Part shown: one piece after another, positions 30,436 through 39,450 of the stretch
Layout: each line of letters begins with the position of its first letter
Numbering within the stretch: position 1 is the stretch's first letter
Source: Brevibacterium luteolum
GTDB lineage: Bacteria; Actinomycetota; Actinomycetes; Actinomycetales; Brevibacteriaceae
NCBI RefSeq assembly: GCF_013004595.1
Contig: NZ_JABEMC010000002.1
Span: 124,001-188,000, forward strand
Length of the DNA stretch: 64,000 nt
Direction of reading: 5' to 3'
Notes under the pieces: model-generated
Databases searched by the model: none
The model's input: only the letters and a program-made list of their open reading frames with translations
What the model was told of the DNA's origin: nothing
Program-made: the position numbers and the translations under genes

Positions 30436-30540
30436 GCCACCGCCTCGGCGACGGGCCCAGCCCGGGCTGCGGCACAGCCCGCGGGTACGCACAGGGGGAG
30501 GGGCATTGATGCACCCCTCCCCCAGTGCGATCGCTGTCGA

Positions 30541-31944
30541 TCAGCCGATCGCGGCCTCGACATCGCTGAGCATGCCATCGATGCCGTGGACGAGCTCCGA
30601 AAGCTCCTCGTCGCCGGCAACCAGCGGCGGGGAGACCATGAGCATCGTCGCGCCGCGGTCGTCGCCGCGCAGGATCACGCCGGTGCGCTCGAAAGAGGCC
30701 GGCAGGATCTCGCGCAGCACCTTGAGCGACTCCTCGTCGGTGAGATCGCGGCCGGAGGCGCGGTCGGCCATGAGCTCGATAGCGTAGAAGTAGCCGGTGC
30801 CACGGACGTCCTTGACGCAGCGGTGGGCTTCAGCGAGCTTGTCGATGTCGGCGCGCAGGCCCGGCCCGCGGCGCTGGACGTTGCCGAGCACGTCCTCATC
30901 GCGCATCGCCGAGATGTTCGCGTGCGCGACGGCGGTGGCGACAGGGTGGCCGCCCCAGGTGGCACCGTGGGTGAAGACGCCGCCCTGCTCGGAGGCGTAG
31001 AGCTGGTCGACGAGCTCCTCACGGACGATCATGCCGCCGAGCGGCGCGTAGCCCGAGGTCGAGCCCTTGGCGAAGGTGATGATGTCGGGCACGACACCGG
31101 TCAGACCCTCACCGAACCAGTAGCCGAGGCGGCCGAAGGAGCAGATGACCTCATCGGAGACGAGCAGGATGCCGTACTTGTCGCAGATCGCGCGCAGGGC
31201 CTTCCAGTAGCCGTCCGGGGCGACGAGTGCGCCGCGGCCGTTCTGGACCGGCTCGGCGAAGATCGCCGCGATCGTCTCCGGGCCCTCCTCCTGGATGACC
31301 TTCTCGTAGGCCTGGATGATGTCGAGCTCCTCAGCCGGGCCGCAGTCGCCGGTGTAGCCGAGCGTGTTTGGCACCGAGCGCACACCGTCGAGCAGCGGCT
31401 CGAACGGGGCCTTGATCTTCGGCAGCTGGGTGACCGACAGGGCGCCCATCGTCACGCCGTGGTAGGCCATCTCACGCGAGATGAACTTCGTCCGCTGCGG
31501 CTGGCCCTGGCTGCGGTGGTACTGGCGGGCGAACTTGATCGCCGTCTCGACGGCCTCGGAGCCGGAGTTGACGAAGAAGGTGGTGCCCAGGTCGCCGGGG
31601 GCGAGCTCGGCGATCAGCTCAGCAGCGGCGACAGCCGGCTCGTGGACCATGCCCCAGTTCGAGGCGTAGGCGAGCTGGTGGATCTGCTTGGCACCGGCGT
31701 CGGCGATGTCGGTGCGGCCGTGACCCATGTTGACGCAGAACAGGCCGGCGAGCCCGTCGAGGTAGCGCTTGCCGTCGGTCGAGTACAGGTGGCAGCCGTC
31801 AGCGCGGGTGAAGACGGGGAAGTCGGCGTCGCGCTGGTCGCGGCGGGTGAAGTGCTGGAAGAGGTGGCGGCGGGCGCTGTCGCGCAGGCGGCCGGTGTCG
31901 GCTCCCGTCGCCGAGGTGGTGGTCGACGTGTCCATAGTCGTCAT
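30541..31944 (-). CDS. tpa: Class III aminotransferase, putative taurine:pyruvate aminotransferase
   Basis: YLDGLAGLFC, NSGSEAVE, AYHG, DEVICSFGRLG, PDIITFAKG; neighbours ald, MocR and xsc. Substrate inferred from context. Confidence 0.8.
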   Translation of the reverse strand: MTTMDTSTTTSATGADTGRLRDSARRHLFQHFTRRDQRDADFPVFTRADGCHLYSTDGKRYLDGLAGLFCVNMGHGRTDIADAGAKQIHQLAYASNWGMVHEPAVAAAELIAELAPGDLGTTFFVNSGSEAVETAIKFARQYHRSQGQPQRTKFISREMAYHGVTMGALSVTQLPKIKAPFEPLLDGVRSVPNTLGYTGDCGPAEELDIIQAYEKVIQEEGPETIAAIFAEPVQNGRGALVAPDGYWKALRAICDKYGILLVSDEVICSFGRLGYWFGEGLTGVVPDIITFAKGSTSGYAPLGGMIVREELVDQLYASEQGGVFTHGATWGGHPVATAVAHANISAMRDEDVLGNVQRRGPGLRADIDKLAEAHRCVKDVRGTGYFYAIELMADRASGRDLTDEESLKVLREILPASFERTGVILRGDDRGATMLMVSPPLVAGDEELSELVHGIDGMLSDVEAAIG

Positions 31945-32051
31945 GAGTGTCTCCTTAGCTGCTGGGCAGGTGCGGCAGGTGTGCCGCGGCTTCTGCGGGT
32001 GGCGCTGGGGCGCGGGCTAAGTCGGCGCTGACCGTGCCCATCTGTCCCTCG

Positions 32052-32172
32052 AGCCTAGAGACCGGCGTCACACTGCGGGAGAGCCAGATGCCGACGACTT
32101 CGGGGATCCAGCGTGGACCCCTCACCCGGGCACAATCTGGTGCTGGCGCAGACGCCGACCGGGGCAGACGCT
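32052..32172. promoter_or_regulatory. Divergent tpa/ald control region with back-to-back TauR-like operators
   Basis: Minus: CTGGATCCCCG-N13-CTGGCTCT (32111-32080), -10 TAGGCT (32057-32052). Plus: GTGGACCCCTC-N13-CTGGTGCT (32113-32144). Confidence 0.72.
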
Positions 32173-32297
32173 TCGAAGAGCAGGTGCCGCTCAGCGCTGA
32201 GCGGCACACCCGCGCCCGCGCCTACGGCACGGGCGCCGCCCCAGTCAGCGCTTGTGCCCCGGGCACGGCGGCCATATCCCAGACAAGGAGGATCAGC

Positions 32298-33416
32298 ATG
32301 AAGATCGGCGTCCCAAAGGAACTGAAGAACAACGAACACCGGGTCGGCTCCACGCCTGCCGGTGTCCACGAACTCGTCAGCCGCGGCCATGAGGTCGTCG
32401 TCGAATCCGGCGCCGGCACAGGCTCGGCGATGACCGATGAGGACTTCCGCGCAGCCGGGGCGACGGTCCTCGCCACCGCCGACGAGGTGTGGGAGGCCGC
32501 TGAGCTCATCCTCAAGGTCAAGGAGCCGGTGGCTGAGGAGTTCCACCGGATGCGGCCGGGCCAAGCGCTGTTCACCTTCCTGCATTTGGCCGCCAGCCAG
32601 GAGTGCACACGTGCGCTGATGGACAAGCAGGTCGATTCGATCGCCTATGAGCTCGTCCGTTCCCCCACTGGTGCGCTGCCCCTGCTGTTCCCCATGTCCG
32701 AGGTCGCCGGGCGGCTGGCACCGCTGGTCGGCACGCAGGCGCTCATGAGCCCGGCCGGTGGGCCGGGCAAGCTCATCGGCGGGGTCTCCGGGGTCCGGCC
32801 CACCCGCGTCGTCGTCATCGGTGCGGGGGTCTCGGGCATGAACGCGGTCGCAGTGGCCGTCGGTCTGTGGGCCGATGTCGTACTGCTGGACAAGGACATC
32901 GACAAGCTGCGCGCAGCCGACCGGATGTACCAAGGCCGCATCCGGACCGTCGCCTCGACGGCGTTCACGCTCGAGCAGGAGGTGCTCGAGGCCGACCTCG
33001 TCATCGGCTGTGTGCTCATTCCCGGCTCCCGCGCCCCGAAGCTCGTCACCAACGACATGGTCCGGCGGATGAAGCCCGGTTCGGTGCTCGTCGACATCGC
33101 CATCGACCAGGGCGGCTGCTTCGAGGACTCGAAACCCACCACGCATGCGGATCCGACGTTCACCGTTCATGACTCGATCTTCTACTGTGTGACCAACATG
33201 CCCGGCGCGGTCGCGCACACCTCGACGGTGGCGCTCAACAACGTCACCAGCCCGTATGCCACGCTCATCGCTGATCACGGTGTCGCCGAGGCCGCCAAGC
33301 GCAGCGAGGCGCTGCGCGCCGGCCTGTCGACCTACCAGGGCACGCTCACCAGCCCGCCGGTCGGCGCCGACCTCGGCATCGACTCGGTCACCCCTGAGGA
33401 GGCACTCGGCATGTGA
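32298..33416 (+). CDS. ald: Alanine dehydrogenase
   Basis: MKIGVPKELKNNEHRV, KVKEP, LFTFLHLA, PMSEVAGR, DIAIDQGGC, NMPGAV. Confidence 0.95.
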   Translation: MKIGVPKELKNNEHRVGSTPAGVHELVSRGHEVVVESGAGTGSAMTDEDFRAAGATVLATADEVWEAAELILKVKEPVAEEFHRMRPGQALFTFLHLAASQECTRALMDKQVDSIAYELVRSPTGALPLLFPMSEVAGRLAPLVGTQALMSPAGGPGKLIGGVSGVRPTRVVVIGAGVSGMNAVAVAVGLWADVVLLDKDIDKLRAADRMYQGRIRTVASTAFTLEQEVLEADLVIGCVLIPGSRAPKLVTNDMVRRMKPGSVLVDIAIDQGGCFEDSKPTTHADPTFTVHDSIFYCVTNMPGAVAHTSTVALNNVTSPYATLIADHGVAEAAKRSEALRAGLSTYQGTLTSPPVGADLGIDSVTPEEALGM

Positions 33417-33631
33417 GACCGCGCCTGGGCCTCACCAGGGCGGGGCCCGCCGGCCCAATCCCGGGTACGCTGCACTCCTGCCCGCAGGGGAGCCGTCCAG
33501 CCTGCAGTCAGGCGAGGCCGCGGCGGCGCGGCTGGCATAGACTGTCAACCACGCCGCGGCACCGGTCTGCCCTCTTCGGCACGCCTCTTGCGGCGGGACG
33601 TCACCGTTGACGGCAGGCATAGGAGGGACCG

Positions 33632-35173
33632 ATGGCCGAAACACTCATCAGGATCGACCCGTCCTCGCCCACCGCTCTGTACCGGCAGGTGCAGGAGGCG
33701 ATCGTGGCCGGCATCGCCGCCGGCGTCTTCGATGTCAAGCGCCGCCTGCCCAGCTCCCGCGAGCTCGCCGCCGAGCTCGAAGTCTCGCGCAACACCATCA
33801 ACCTCGCCTACCAGGAGCTGCTCGCCCAGGGCCTGCTCATCAGCCAGGAGCGGCGGGGAATCTTCGTCAATCCCGACCTGACCCCCGACCAGCTCGAGGC
33901 TTTCACCGCCTCGGCGACGGACACCGGGCCCAACGCGCCGGTCGCGCGGATCGACTGGGCCTCCCGCCTGGCTCCGGCCGGGGATGCCAGCCTGCCGGAG
34001 CTCATCAAGCCGCCGGACTGGAGTCAGTACCCGTTCCCGTTCCTGCCCGGGCAGATCGAGCTTGCCCAGTTCCCGGCGCGCTCGTGGACCCGGTGTCTGC
34101 GCGAGGCACTGTTCCAGCCGCACCTGGCCCATGCGCTGCAGGACTCCGCCGGCTGCGATGACGACATGCTCGTCGAGATGATCCGCACCCGGCTGCTGCC
34201 CTCGCGCGGGGTGCATGTGCAGCCTGAGGAGATCATGATCACGCTGGGCACCCAGCACGGCCTCGACCTCATCGCCGAGGCGCTGCTGAAACCCGGTGAC
34301 CGTGTCCTCATGGAGGACCCCGGCTACCTCGACATCCGGCACATCTTGACCCGCCACCAGGCCGAGGTAGGCGAGATGCCCGTCGATGCCGACGGTGCGA
34401 TCGTGCCCGCCGACCTCACCGGGGTGCAGGCGGTGTTCCTCACCCCGAGTCACCACCATCCGACGAATGTGACGATGTTGATGGACCGGCGGCAGGCCGC
34501 ACTCGAGGCGGCCGCCGCCTCGGGCACGGTCGTCGTCGAAGACGACTACGATGCGGAGTTCCGCTACTCCGGCCAGCCCTCCCCTTCACTCAAGGCGATC
34601 GACCCGAGCGGCGACGTCGTGCACCTGGGGTCGTTCTCGAAGTTCCTCGCCCCAGGCCTGAGGCTGGGGTTCCTCGTCGGGCCCGCCGAGCTCATCGCCG
34701 CGCTGCGCCACTCGACTCGGTACACGGTGCGGCATGCGCCGGGGGTACTGCAGCGGGCGATGGCGCTGTTCCTCGACTCTGGTGACTATCACCGTACGCT
34801 GCGACTCAACCGGGAGCGGATGCGCAAGAAGTTCACGCTGATGTGCGAGGGCGTGGCCGAGCTGCTGCCGTTCGAGTCGCGGTGCCGGTTCCCGTCCGGT
34901 GGAGTGAGCCTGTGGTTCGAGGGCCCGGCCGAGCTCGATGCGCGCGTACTGCAGGAGGCGGCCTGCCAGCGCGGGGTGCTCGTGGAGCCGGGTGACTACT
35001 TCTTCGCCGCGACTGCTGAGCACGGGTTCGGCTCACGCGAGGTGCCGGGGCATCCGGGCGGGATCGAGCGCTACCCGTGGGCGACCCTACGGCTGGGCTA
35101 CGCCGCGATCCCGACCCGGGCGATCCGGCCCGGGCTCGAGCTCCTCGCCGAGGTCGCCCGAGAGGTGCTGTAG
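33632..35173 (+). CDS. tauR: MocR-family (GntR + PLP aminotransferase domain) regulator, TauR-like
   Basis: RLPSSRELAAELEVSRNT HTH, ITLGTQ, EDPGY, EDDYDAEF, GSFSKFLAPGLRLG; taurine gene context. Confidence 0.82.
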   Translation: MAETLIRIDPSSPTALYRQVQEAIVAGIAAGVFDVKRRLPSSRELAAELEVSRNTINLAYQELLAQGLLISQERRGIFVNPDLTPDQLEAFTASATDTGPNAPVARIDWASRLAPAGDASLPELIKPPDWSQYPFPFLPGQIELAQFPARSWTRCLREALFQPHLAHALQDSAGCDDDMLVEMIRTRLLPSRGVHVQPEEIMITLGTQHGLDLIAEALLKPGDRVLMEDPGYLDIRHILTRHQAEVGEMPVDADGAIVPADLTGVQAVFLTPSHHHPTNVTMLMDRRQAALEAAAASGTVVVEDDYDAEFRYSGQPSPSLKAIDPSGDVVHLGSFSKFLAPGLRLGFLVGPAELIAALRHSTRYTVRHAPGVLQRAMALFLDSGDYHRTLRLNRERMRKKFTLMCEGVAELLPFESRCRFPSGGVSLWFEGPAELDARVLQEAACQRGVLVEPGDYFFAATAEHGFGSREVPGHPGGIERYPWATLRLGYAAIPTRAIRPGLELLAEVAREVL

Positions 35174-35192
35174 CGGTTGGGCGCCGGGCGCC

Positions 35193-35282
35193 GCGCGTGA
35201 GGCACCCGCAGTCGGGGGCGGCGCGTGAGGCACCCACAGTCGGGGCGTGGCGCGTGAGGCACCCGCAGTCGGGGGCGGCGCG
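35193..35282. repeat. Three 28-29-bp tandem repeats
   Basis: GCGCGTGAGGCACCCRCAGTCGGGG.. at 35193, 35221 and 35250. Confidence 0.85.
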
Positions 35283-35299
35283 GCTGGAACGCCGCGATT

Positions 35300-35366
35300 G
35301 GGAAAGTTAGCAAAGTTATTCACGGTTTGTGGGCTTCAAACCGTCATTTACTTTGCTAACTTTCCC
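35300..35366. repeat. AT-rich 67-bp hairpin between convergent tauR and xsc
   Basis: Perfect 17-bp IR GGGAAAGTTAGCAAAGT/ACTTTGCTAACTTTCCC with an inner 8-bp IR ACGGTTTG/CAAACCGT. Confidence 0.8.
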
Positions 35367-35568
35367 GACGGGCTGCCGGAAACGCCAGCGCCTTCAGACG
35401 CCGCGACTCGTCACCAGAAGAGGCGCAGCGCCGGCCCCCTCACGGGAGTCGACGCTGCGCCTGAAGTGTGTCAGCGGGACCGCGCGGCCCAGCAGCCGGT
35501 TTCCGGCTGATCACGCGTGGTCACTGCTTCAGCACAGAGATCACACATGCCGGATCACACCTAGCGGA

Positions 35569-37371
35569 TCACACGTAGTCCTTGTACTTGTCGAGCAGGC
35601 GGACTGGCTTCTTGAGCGCGTCGCGGCGGAACGGGTCGCCGAGCTCACGGTTGCACATGATCTCGATGACGGTCGTCTTGCCTTCGTTCATCTGCGCATC
35701 GATCGCGGCCTTGAGTGCGGGGCCGACCTCGTCGAGCTGGTCGACGGTGACGCCCTCAGCGCCCATCGCGCGGGCGATCTCAGCGTAGGAGTCGGTGTCG
35801 ATCTCGGCGGCGACGAAGCGGCGATTGTAGAACTCGACCTGGTTCTTCTTCTCCGCACCCCACTGGCGGTTGTGGAACACGACCGCGGTGACCGGGATGT
35901 CGTGGCGCACAGCTGTCATCACCTCGACCATCGACATGCCCCAGGCGCCGTCGCCGGCGTAGGCGATCGCCGGGCGCTCCGGGCAGGCCTTCTTGGCGCC
36001 GATGATCGTCGGCAGGGCGTAGCCGCAGTTGCCGAACGACATCGGGGCGAAGAACGACCGCGGCTCTTCGAAGCGCAGGTAGGAGTGGGCCACCGAGTTG
36101 ATGTTGCCGATGTCAGTGGAGACCATGACGCGTTCGGGCATGGCCTCCTCAAGAGCGCGCAGCACCTGGCGCGGGTGCAGCCAGTTGCCCTCTTCCTCTT
36201 CAGCTTCGGCGATCATGTCCTGCGAGAAGTCGTCGCGCTCCTCGGTCCACTCCGAAAGCTCCTTCTCCCAAGCGTCCTTCTCAGACCGGATCCGCTCAGC
36301 GCGCTCATCCTTGGTCTTGTCCGAGGCGACGTCGAGGCTGTTCAGCCGCTCGAGCAGCGCTGAGGCTGCCTGCTTGGCATCGCCGAGCACGCCGACCTCG
36401 ATCTTCTTCACGAGTCCGAGCATGTCGGCATCGGCGTCGACCTGGATGATCTTGGCGTCCTCCGGCCAATAGTTCAGGCCGTGCTGCGGCAGGGTGCCGA
36501 AGGGGCCCAGCCGGGTGCCGAGGGCGAGGACGACGTCGGCGTCCTTGATGAGCTTCATGCCGGCCTTTGAACCCTGGTAGCCCAGCGGCCCGCACCACAG
36601 CGGGTGAGAGGCGGGGAAGGAGTCGTTGTGCTGGTAGGAGTTGACGACCGGGGCGCCGAGGCGCTCGGCCAGGGCCTTGCATTCCTCGACTCCATCGGCG
36701 AACACGACGCCGCCGCCGGAGACTATGACGGGGAACTCCGCCTCGGCCAGCAGCGCGGCGGCACGGTCGAGAGACTCGGGCCCCCCGGGGCCGCGGTCGA
36801 TGATGGCCGGTTCGCGGATCTCGGTCTCGATCTCGCCGTAGAAGTAGTCGCGCGGGATGTTGAGCTGGGTCGGGCCCATCTCCGCCTTGGCGCGGTCGAA
36901 GCAGCGGGCGGTGAACTCGGCCATGCGGGCCGGGTTGGACACATGCCCCTGGTACTTGGTGAATTCCTGGAACATCGGCAGCTGGTTGGCTTCCTGGAAG
37001 CCGCCGAGGCCGATGCCGTTGGTGCCGGCTTCCGGGGTGACGATGACGACCGGGCTGTGGGCCCAGTAGGCGGCGGCGATCGCGGTCACGCAGTTCGAGA
37101 TGCCCGGGCCGTTCTGCCCGATGACCACGCCGTGGCGGCCGGAGGCGCGCGAGTAGCCGTCGGCCATGTGGGCCGCGCCCTGCTCGTGCACGACGGGCAC
37201 CAGCTCGATGCCGGCCGGGGCGAAGATGTCCATCGCATCCATGAATGCCGATCCCATGATGCCGAAGATCGTCTCAACGTCGTTGGCGACGAGGGTCTCG
37301 ACGAAGGCCTCCGACGGTGTCATCCGCTGTACGCCCTTGACGACCTCGCGTCCTGTCTTGGTCGAAGCCAT
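35569..37371 (-). CDS. xsc: Sulfoacetaldehyde acetyltransferase (ThDP enzyme)
   Basis: MTPSEAFVE, FGIMGSAFMDA, HEQGAAHMADG, FGNCGYA, GDGAWGMS...NRQWGAEKKNQ, ELGDPFRRDAL. Confidence 0.93.
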   Translation of the reverse strand: MASTKTGREVVKGVQRMTPSEAFVETLVANDVETIFGIMGSAFMDAMDIFAPAGIELVPVVHEQGAAHMADGYSRASGRHGVVIGQNGPGISNCVTAIAAAYWAHSPVVIVTPEAGTNGIGLGGFQEANQLPMFQEFTKYQGHVSNPARMAEFTARCFDRAKAEMGPTQLNIPRDYFYGEIETEIREPAIIDRGPGGPESLDRAAALLAEAEFPVIVSGGGVVFADGVEECKALAERLGAPVVNSYQHNDSFPASHPLWCGPLGYQGSKAGMKLIKDADVVLALGTRLGPFGTLPQHGLNYWPEDAKIIQVDADADMLGLVKKIEVGVLGDAKQAASALLERLNSLDVASDKTKDERAERIRSEKDAWEKELSEWTEERDDFSQDMIAEAEEEEGNWLHPRQVLRALEEAMPERVMVSTDIGNINSVAHSYLRFEEPRSFFAPMSFGNCGYALPTIIGAKKACPERPAIAYAGDGAWGMSMVEVMTAVRHDIPVTAVVFHNRQWGAEKKNQVEFYNRRFVAAEIDTDSYAEIARAMGAEGVTVDQLDEVGPALKAAIDAQMNEGKTTVIEIMCNRELGDPFRRDALKKPVRLLDKYKDYV

Positions 37372-37405
37372 TGCTCCCGACCTCCTTCTGGTCCGTGGAC
37401 TCCAA

Positions 37406-37481
37406 TGTTCCCGATAACGGAACAGTCCGTTCCGATTACTGTTGCGTGCTTCACTCTAGAGACCGAGCCCCCGATCGTCAA
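37406..37481 (-). promoter_or_regulatory. xsc sigma-A-type promoter with a downstream palindromic (probable IclR) operator
   Basis: Minus strand TTGACG (37481-37476), 17 bp, TAGAGT (37458-37453); palindrome TGTTCC-CGATAAC-GGAACA at 37406-37424. Confidence 0.7.
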
Positions 37482-37572
37482 CACATATTCCAAAATTGCG
37501 AACAGTCTGCAATACTTTTCGAGACAGAACGTTCGCTGGCGTCGCCGATCCGGGGCGCAGACTGGAGGAATC

Positions 37573-38445
37573 GTGAGCACCGCAGAGATCGTGGGGACCG
37601 CCGCCCATCCCGCCGCCGAGGCGGTGGAGACCGGCCGCGGACTCATCGGTGACACCCCGGTCCAGCGGCATCTGTCCCTCCTCGAGCTCATCGCCACCCG
37701 CGAGACGCCCTCGACCCTGCAGGGCCTGACGGAGGAGACGGGGCTGCCGAAGCCCACCCTGCACCGGATGCTCCAACAGCTCGAAGACGCCGGAATGGTC
37801 CTGCGCGACGGTGACGGCCGCCGGTTCCGCACCGGCCCGCGCATGCGCCGGATGGCTGAGCGGACCCTGCTGACCGATGTGCACTTCGGCAACCGCAACC
37901 GGATCCTCGCCGAGCTCGTCGCCGAGATCGGCGAGAGCTGCAACATCACCGCCCTGTCCGGTCACGAGGTCGTCTACCTCGACCGCGTCGAAACCCCCGA
38001 ACCCCTGCGCGTGACCCTGGCGCCCGGCTCGCGCGTGCCGGCCCACGCCTCGGCCTCGGGCAAGCTGCTGCTCTCCCAGCTGCGTCCGGCTGCCCGCCGC
38101 CAGCTGCTCGGCACCGCCCCGCTGCGCAGCTTCACCCCGAATACGATCACCGATCCCGAAGCGGTTGATGCTGAGGTGGCGCGCGCCGCTGAGCTCGGCT
38201 ACGGGATCGACAACGAGGAGTACCTCGCCGGGCTCGTGTGCGCCGCCGTGCTCATCCCGGATCCGTCCGGGGTCTCAAACCTCTGCGTGGCCGTGCAGGC
38301 CCCGGCCCTGCGGCTGAGCACCGCCGACTGCGTCGACCTGGTGCCGGTGCTGCGCCGGGCCGCCGAGCAGATCGCCACCCACAGCCACCCGACCGACGAC
38401 AGCAGCGCCGATCAGAGCAGCGACGATGCTGCCGCCACAACCTGA
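37573..38445 (+). CDS. IclR-family regulator divergent from xsc
   Basis: TGLPKPTLHRML HTH, GSRVPAHASASGKLLL, DNEEYLAGLVC; RBS GGAGG. Confidence 0.9.
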   Translation: MSTAEIVGTAAHPAAEAVETGRGLIGDTPVQRHLSLLELIATRETPSTLQGLTEETGLPKPTLHRMLQQLEDAGMVLRDGDGRRFRTGPRMRRMAERTLLTDVHFGNRNRILAELVAEIGESCNITALSGHEVVYLDRVETPEPLRVTLAPGSRVPAHASASGKLLLSQLRPAARRQLLGTAPLRSFTPNTITDPEAVDAEVARAAELGYGIDNEEYLAGLVCAAVLIPDPSGVSNLCVAVQAPALRLSTADCVDLVPVLRRAAEQIATHSHPTDDSSADQSSDDAAATT

Positions 38446-38455
38446 GGAGGCTCCC

Positions 38456-39448
38456 ATGACCCCGACGACACCGGACCTGACCGACACCTCATGCGTCCCG
38501 GACACCACCGTCAGCGCCCGCGAGGTCTTCGGCATCGACCGCGACATCGAGGTCCCGGCGTTCTCCGAGCCCAATGAGCTCGTCCCGGCGATCGATCCGG
38601 CCCACCACTTCGACCCGGATGTGACCCTGGCGATCCTCTCCGGCTACGCGAAGAACCGCCGCGTCCTCGTCCAGGGCCTGCACGGCACCGGCAAGTCCAG
38701 CCACATCGAGCAGGTCGCCGCCCGCTTGAACTGGCCGTGCATGCGCGTCAACCTCGACGGACAGATCTCGCGCCTCGACCTCATCGGCCGTGATGTCGTC
38801 ACCCTCGAAGACGGCAAGCAGATCACCGAGTTCCGTGAGGGCATCCTGCCGTGGGCCGTCCGCCGCCCGGTCGCGCTGCTGCTCGATGAGTACGATGCCG
38901 GACGGCCGGACATCATGTTCGTCATCCAGCGCCTGCTCGAACGCGAAGGCCGGCTGACCCTGCTCGACCAGTCCACCGTCATCGCCCCGCACCCGGCCTT
39001 CCGGCTCTTCGCGACTGCCAACACCGTAGGGCTGGGCAATGTCACCGGCATGTACCACGGCGTCCAGCGGCTCAACCACGCCCAACTCGATCGCTGGTCG
39101 GTCGTCGCCCACCTCTCGGCCCTCGACCCGGAGGTCGAGGTCTCGATCGTCGCCGCCCGCGTCCCGGGCCTGGAGCCGGAGACGATCGAGGCGATGGTGC
39201 GCCTGGCCAACCTCACCCGCGAGGGCTTCAGGGTCGGCGACCTCTCCACCCTCATGTCCCCGCGCACCGTGGTGACCTGGGCGGAGAACATCGAGATCTT
39301 CGGCGAGCGCGAACGCGCCTTCCGCCTGTCCTTCCTCAACCGCTGCGATGAGTACGAGAAGGGCATCGTCGCCGAATACTACCAGCGCTGCTTCGACGCC
39401 GAGATCACCGAGGCGGCACCCGGGTCGCTGACCCCAGCCGGAGCCTGA
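38456..39448 (+). CDS. CobS-like AAA+ ATPase (MoxR/CbbQ/NorQ clade)
   Basis: GLHGTGKSSHIEQVAARLNWPC, Walker B LLLDEYDAGRPD, FATANTVGLG, AQLDRW, MSPRTV. Confidence 0.9.
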   Translation: MTPTTPDLTDTSCVPDTTVSAREVFGIDRDIEVPAFSEPNELVPAIDPAHHFDPDVTLAILSGYAKNRRVLVQGLHGTGKSSHIEQVAARLNWPCMRVNLDGQISRLDLIGRDVVTLEDGKQITEFREGILPWAVRRPVALLLDEYDAGRPDIMFVIQRLLEREGRLTLLDQSTVIAPHPAFRLFATANTVGLGNVTGMYHGVQRLNHAQLDRWSVVAHLSALDPEVEVSIVAARVPGLEPETIEAMVRLANLTREGFRVGDLSTLMSPRTVVTWAENIEIFGERERAFRLSFLNRCDEYEKGIVAEYYQRCFDAEITEAAPGSLTPAGA

Positions 39449-39450
39449 GC

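Noticed and set aside
30091..32031. Long antisense or alternative-frame ORFs (e.g. 30091-32031 +, 58012-60111 -, 3302-4966 +)
   Set aside because: Shadow ORFs typical of high-GC DNA, opposite genes with clear family motifs
35193..35282. CRISPR array (28-bp repeats)
   Set aside because: The repeats are directly adjacent with no unique spacers, and there are no cas genes. The same applies to the repeats at 51005 and 41286.
32055..37465. Shared 10-mer CTAGAGACCG upstream of tpa (32055) and xsc (37456) as a separate operator
   Set aside because: It overlaps the -10 hexamers and spacer of both promoters. With only two instances it cannot be separated from promoter similarity.
36604..37572. N-terminal extensions in the ORF track (IclR from 36604, glxK from 48285, glxR from 56069, ald from 32034)
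   Set aside because: They overlap other genes or promoters; RBS positions and domain starts support the shorter calls.
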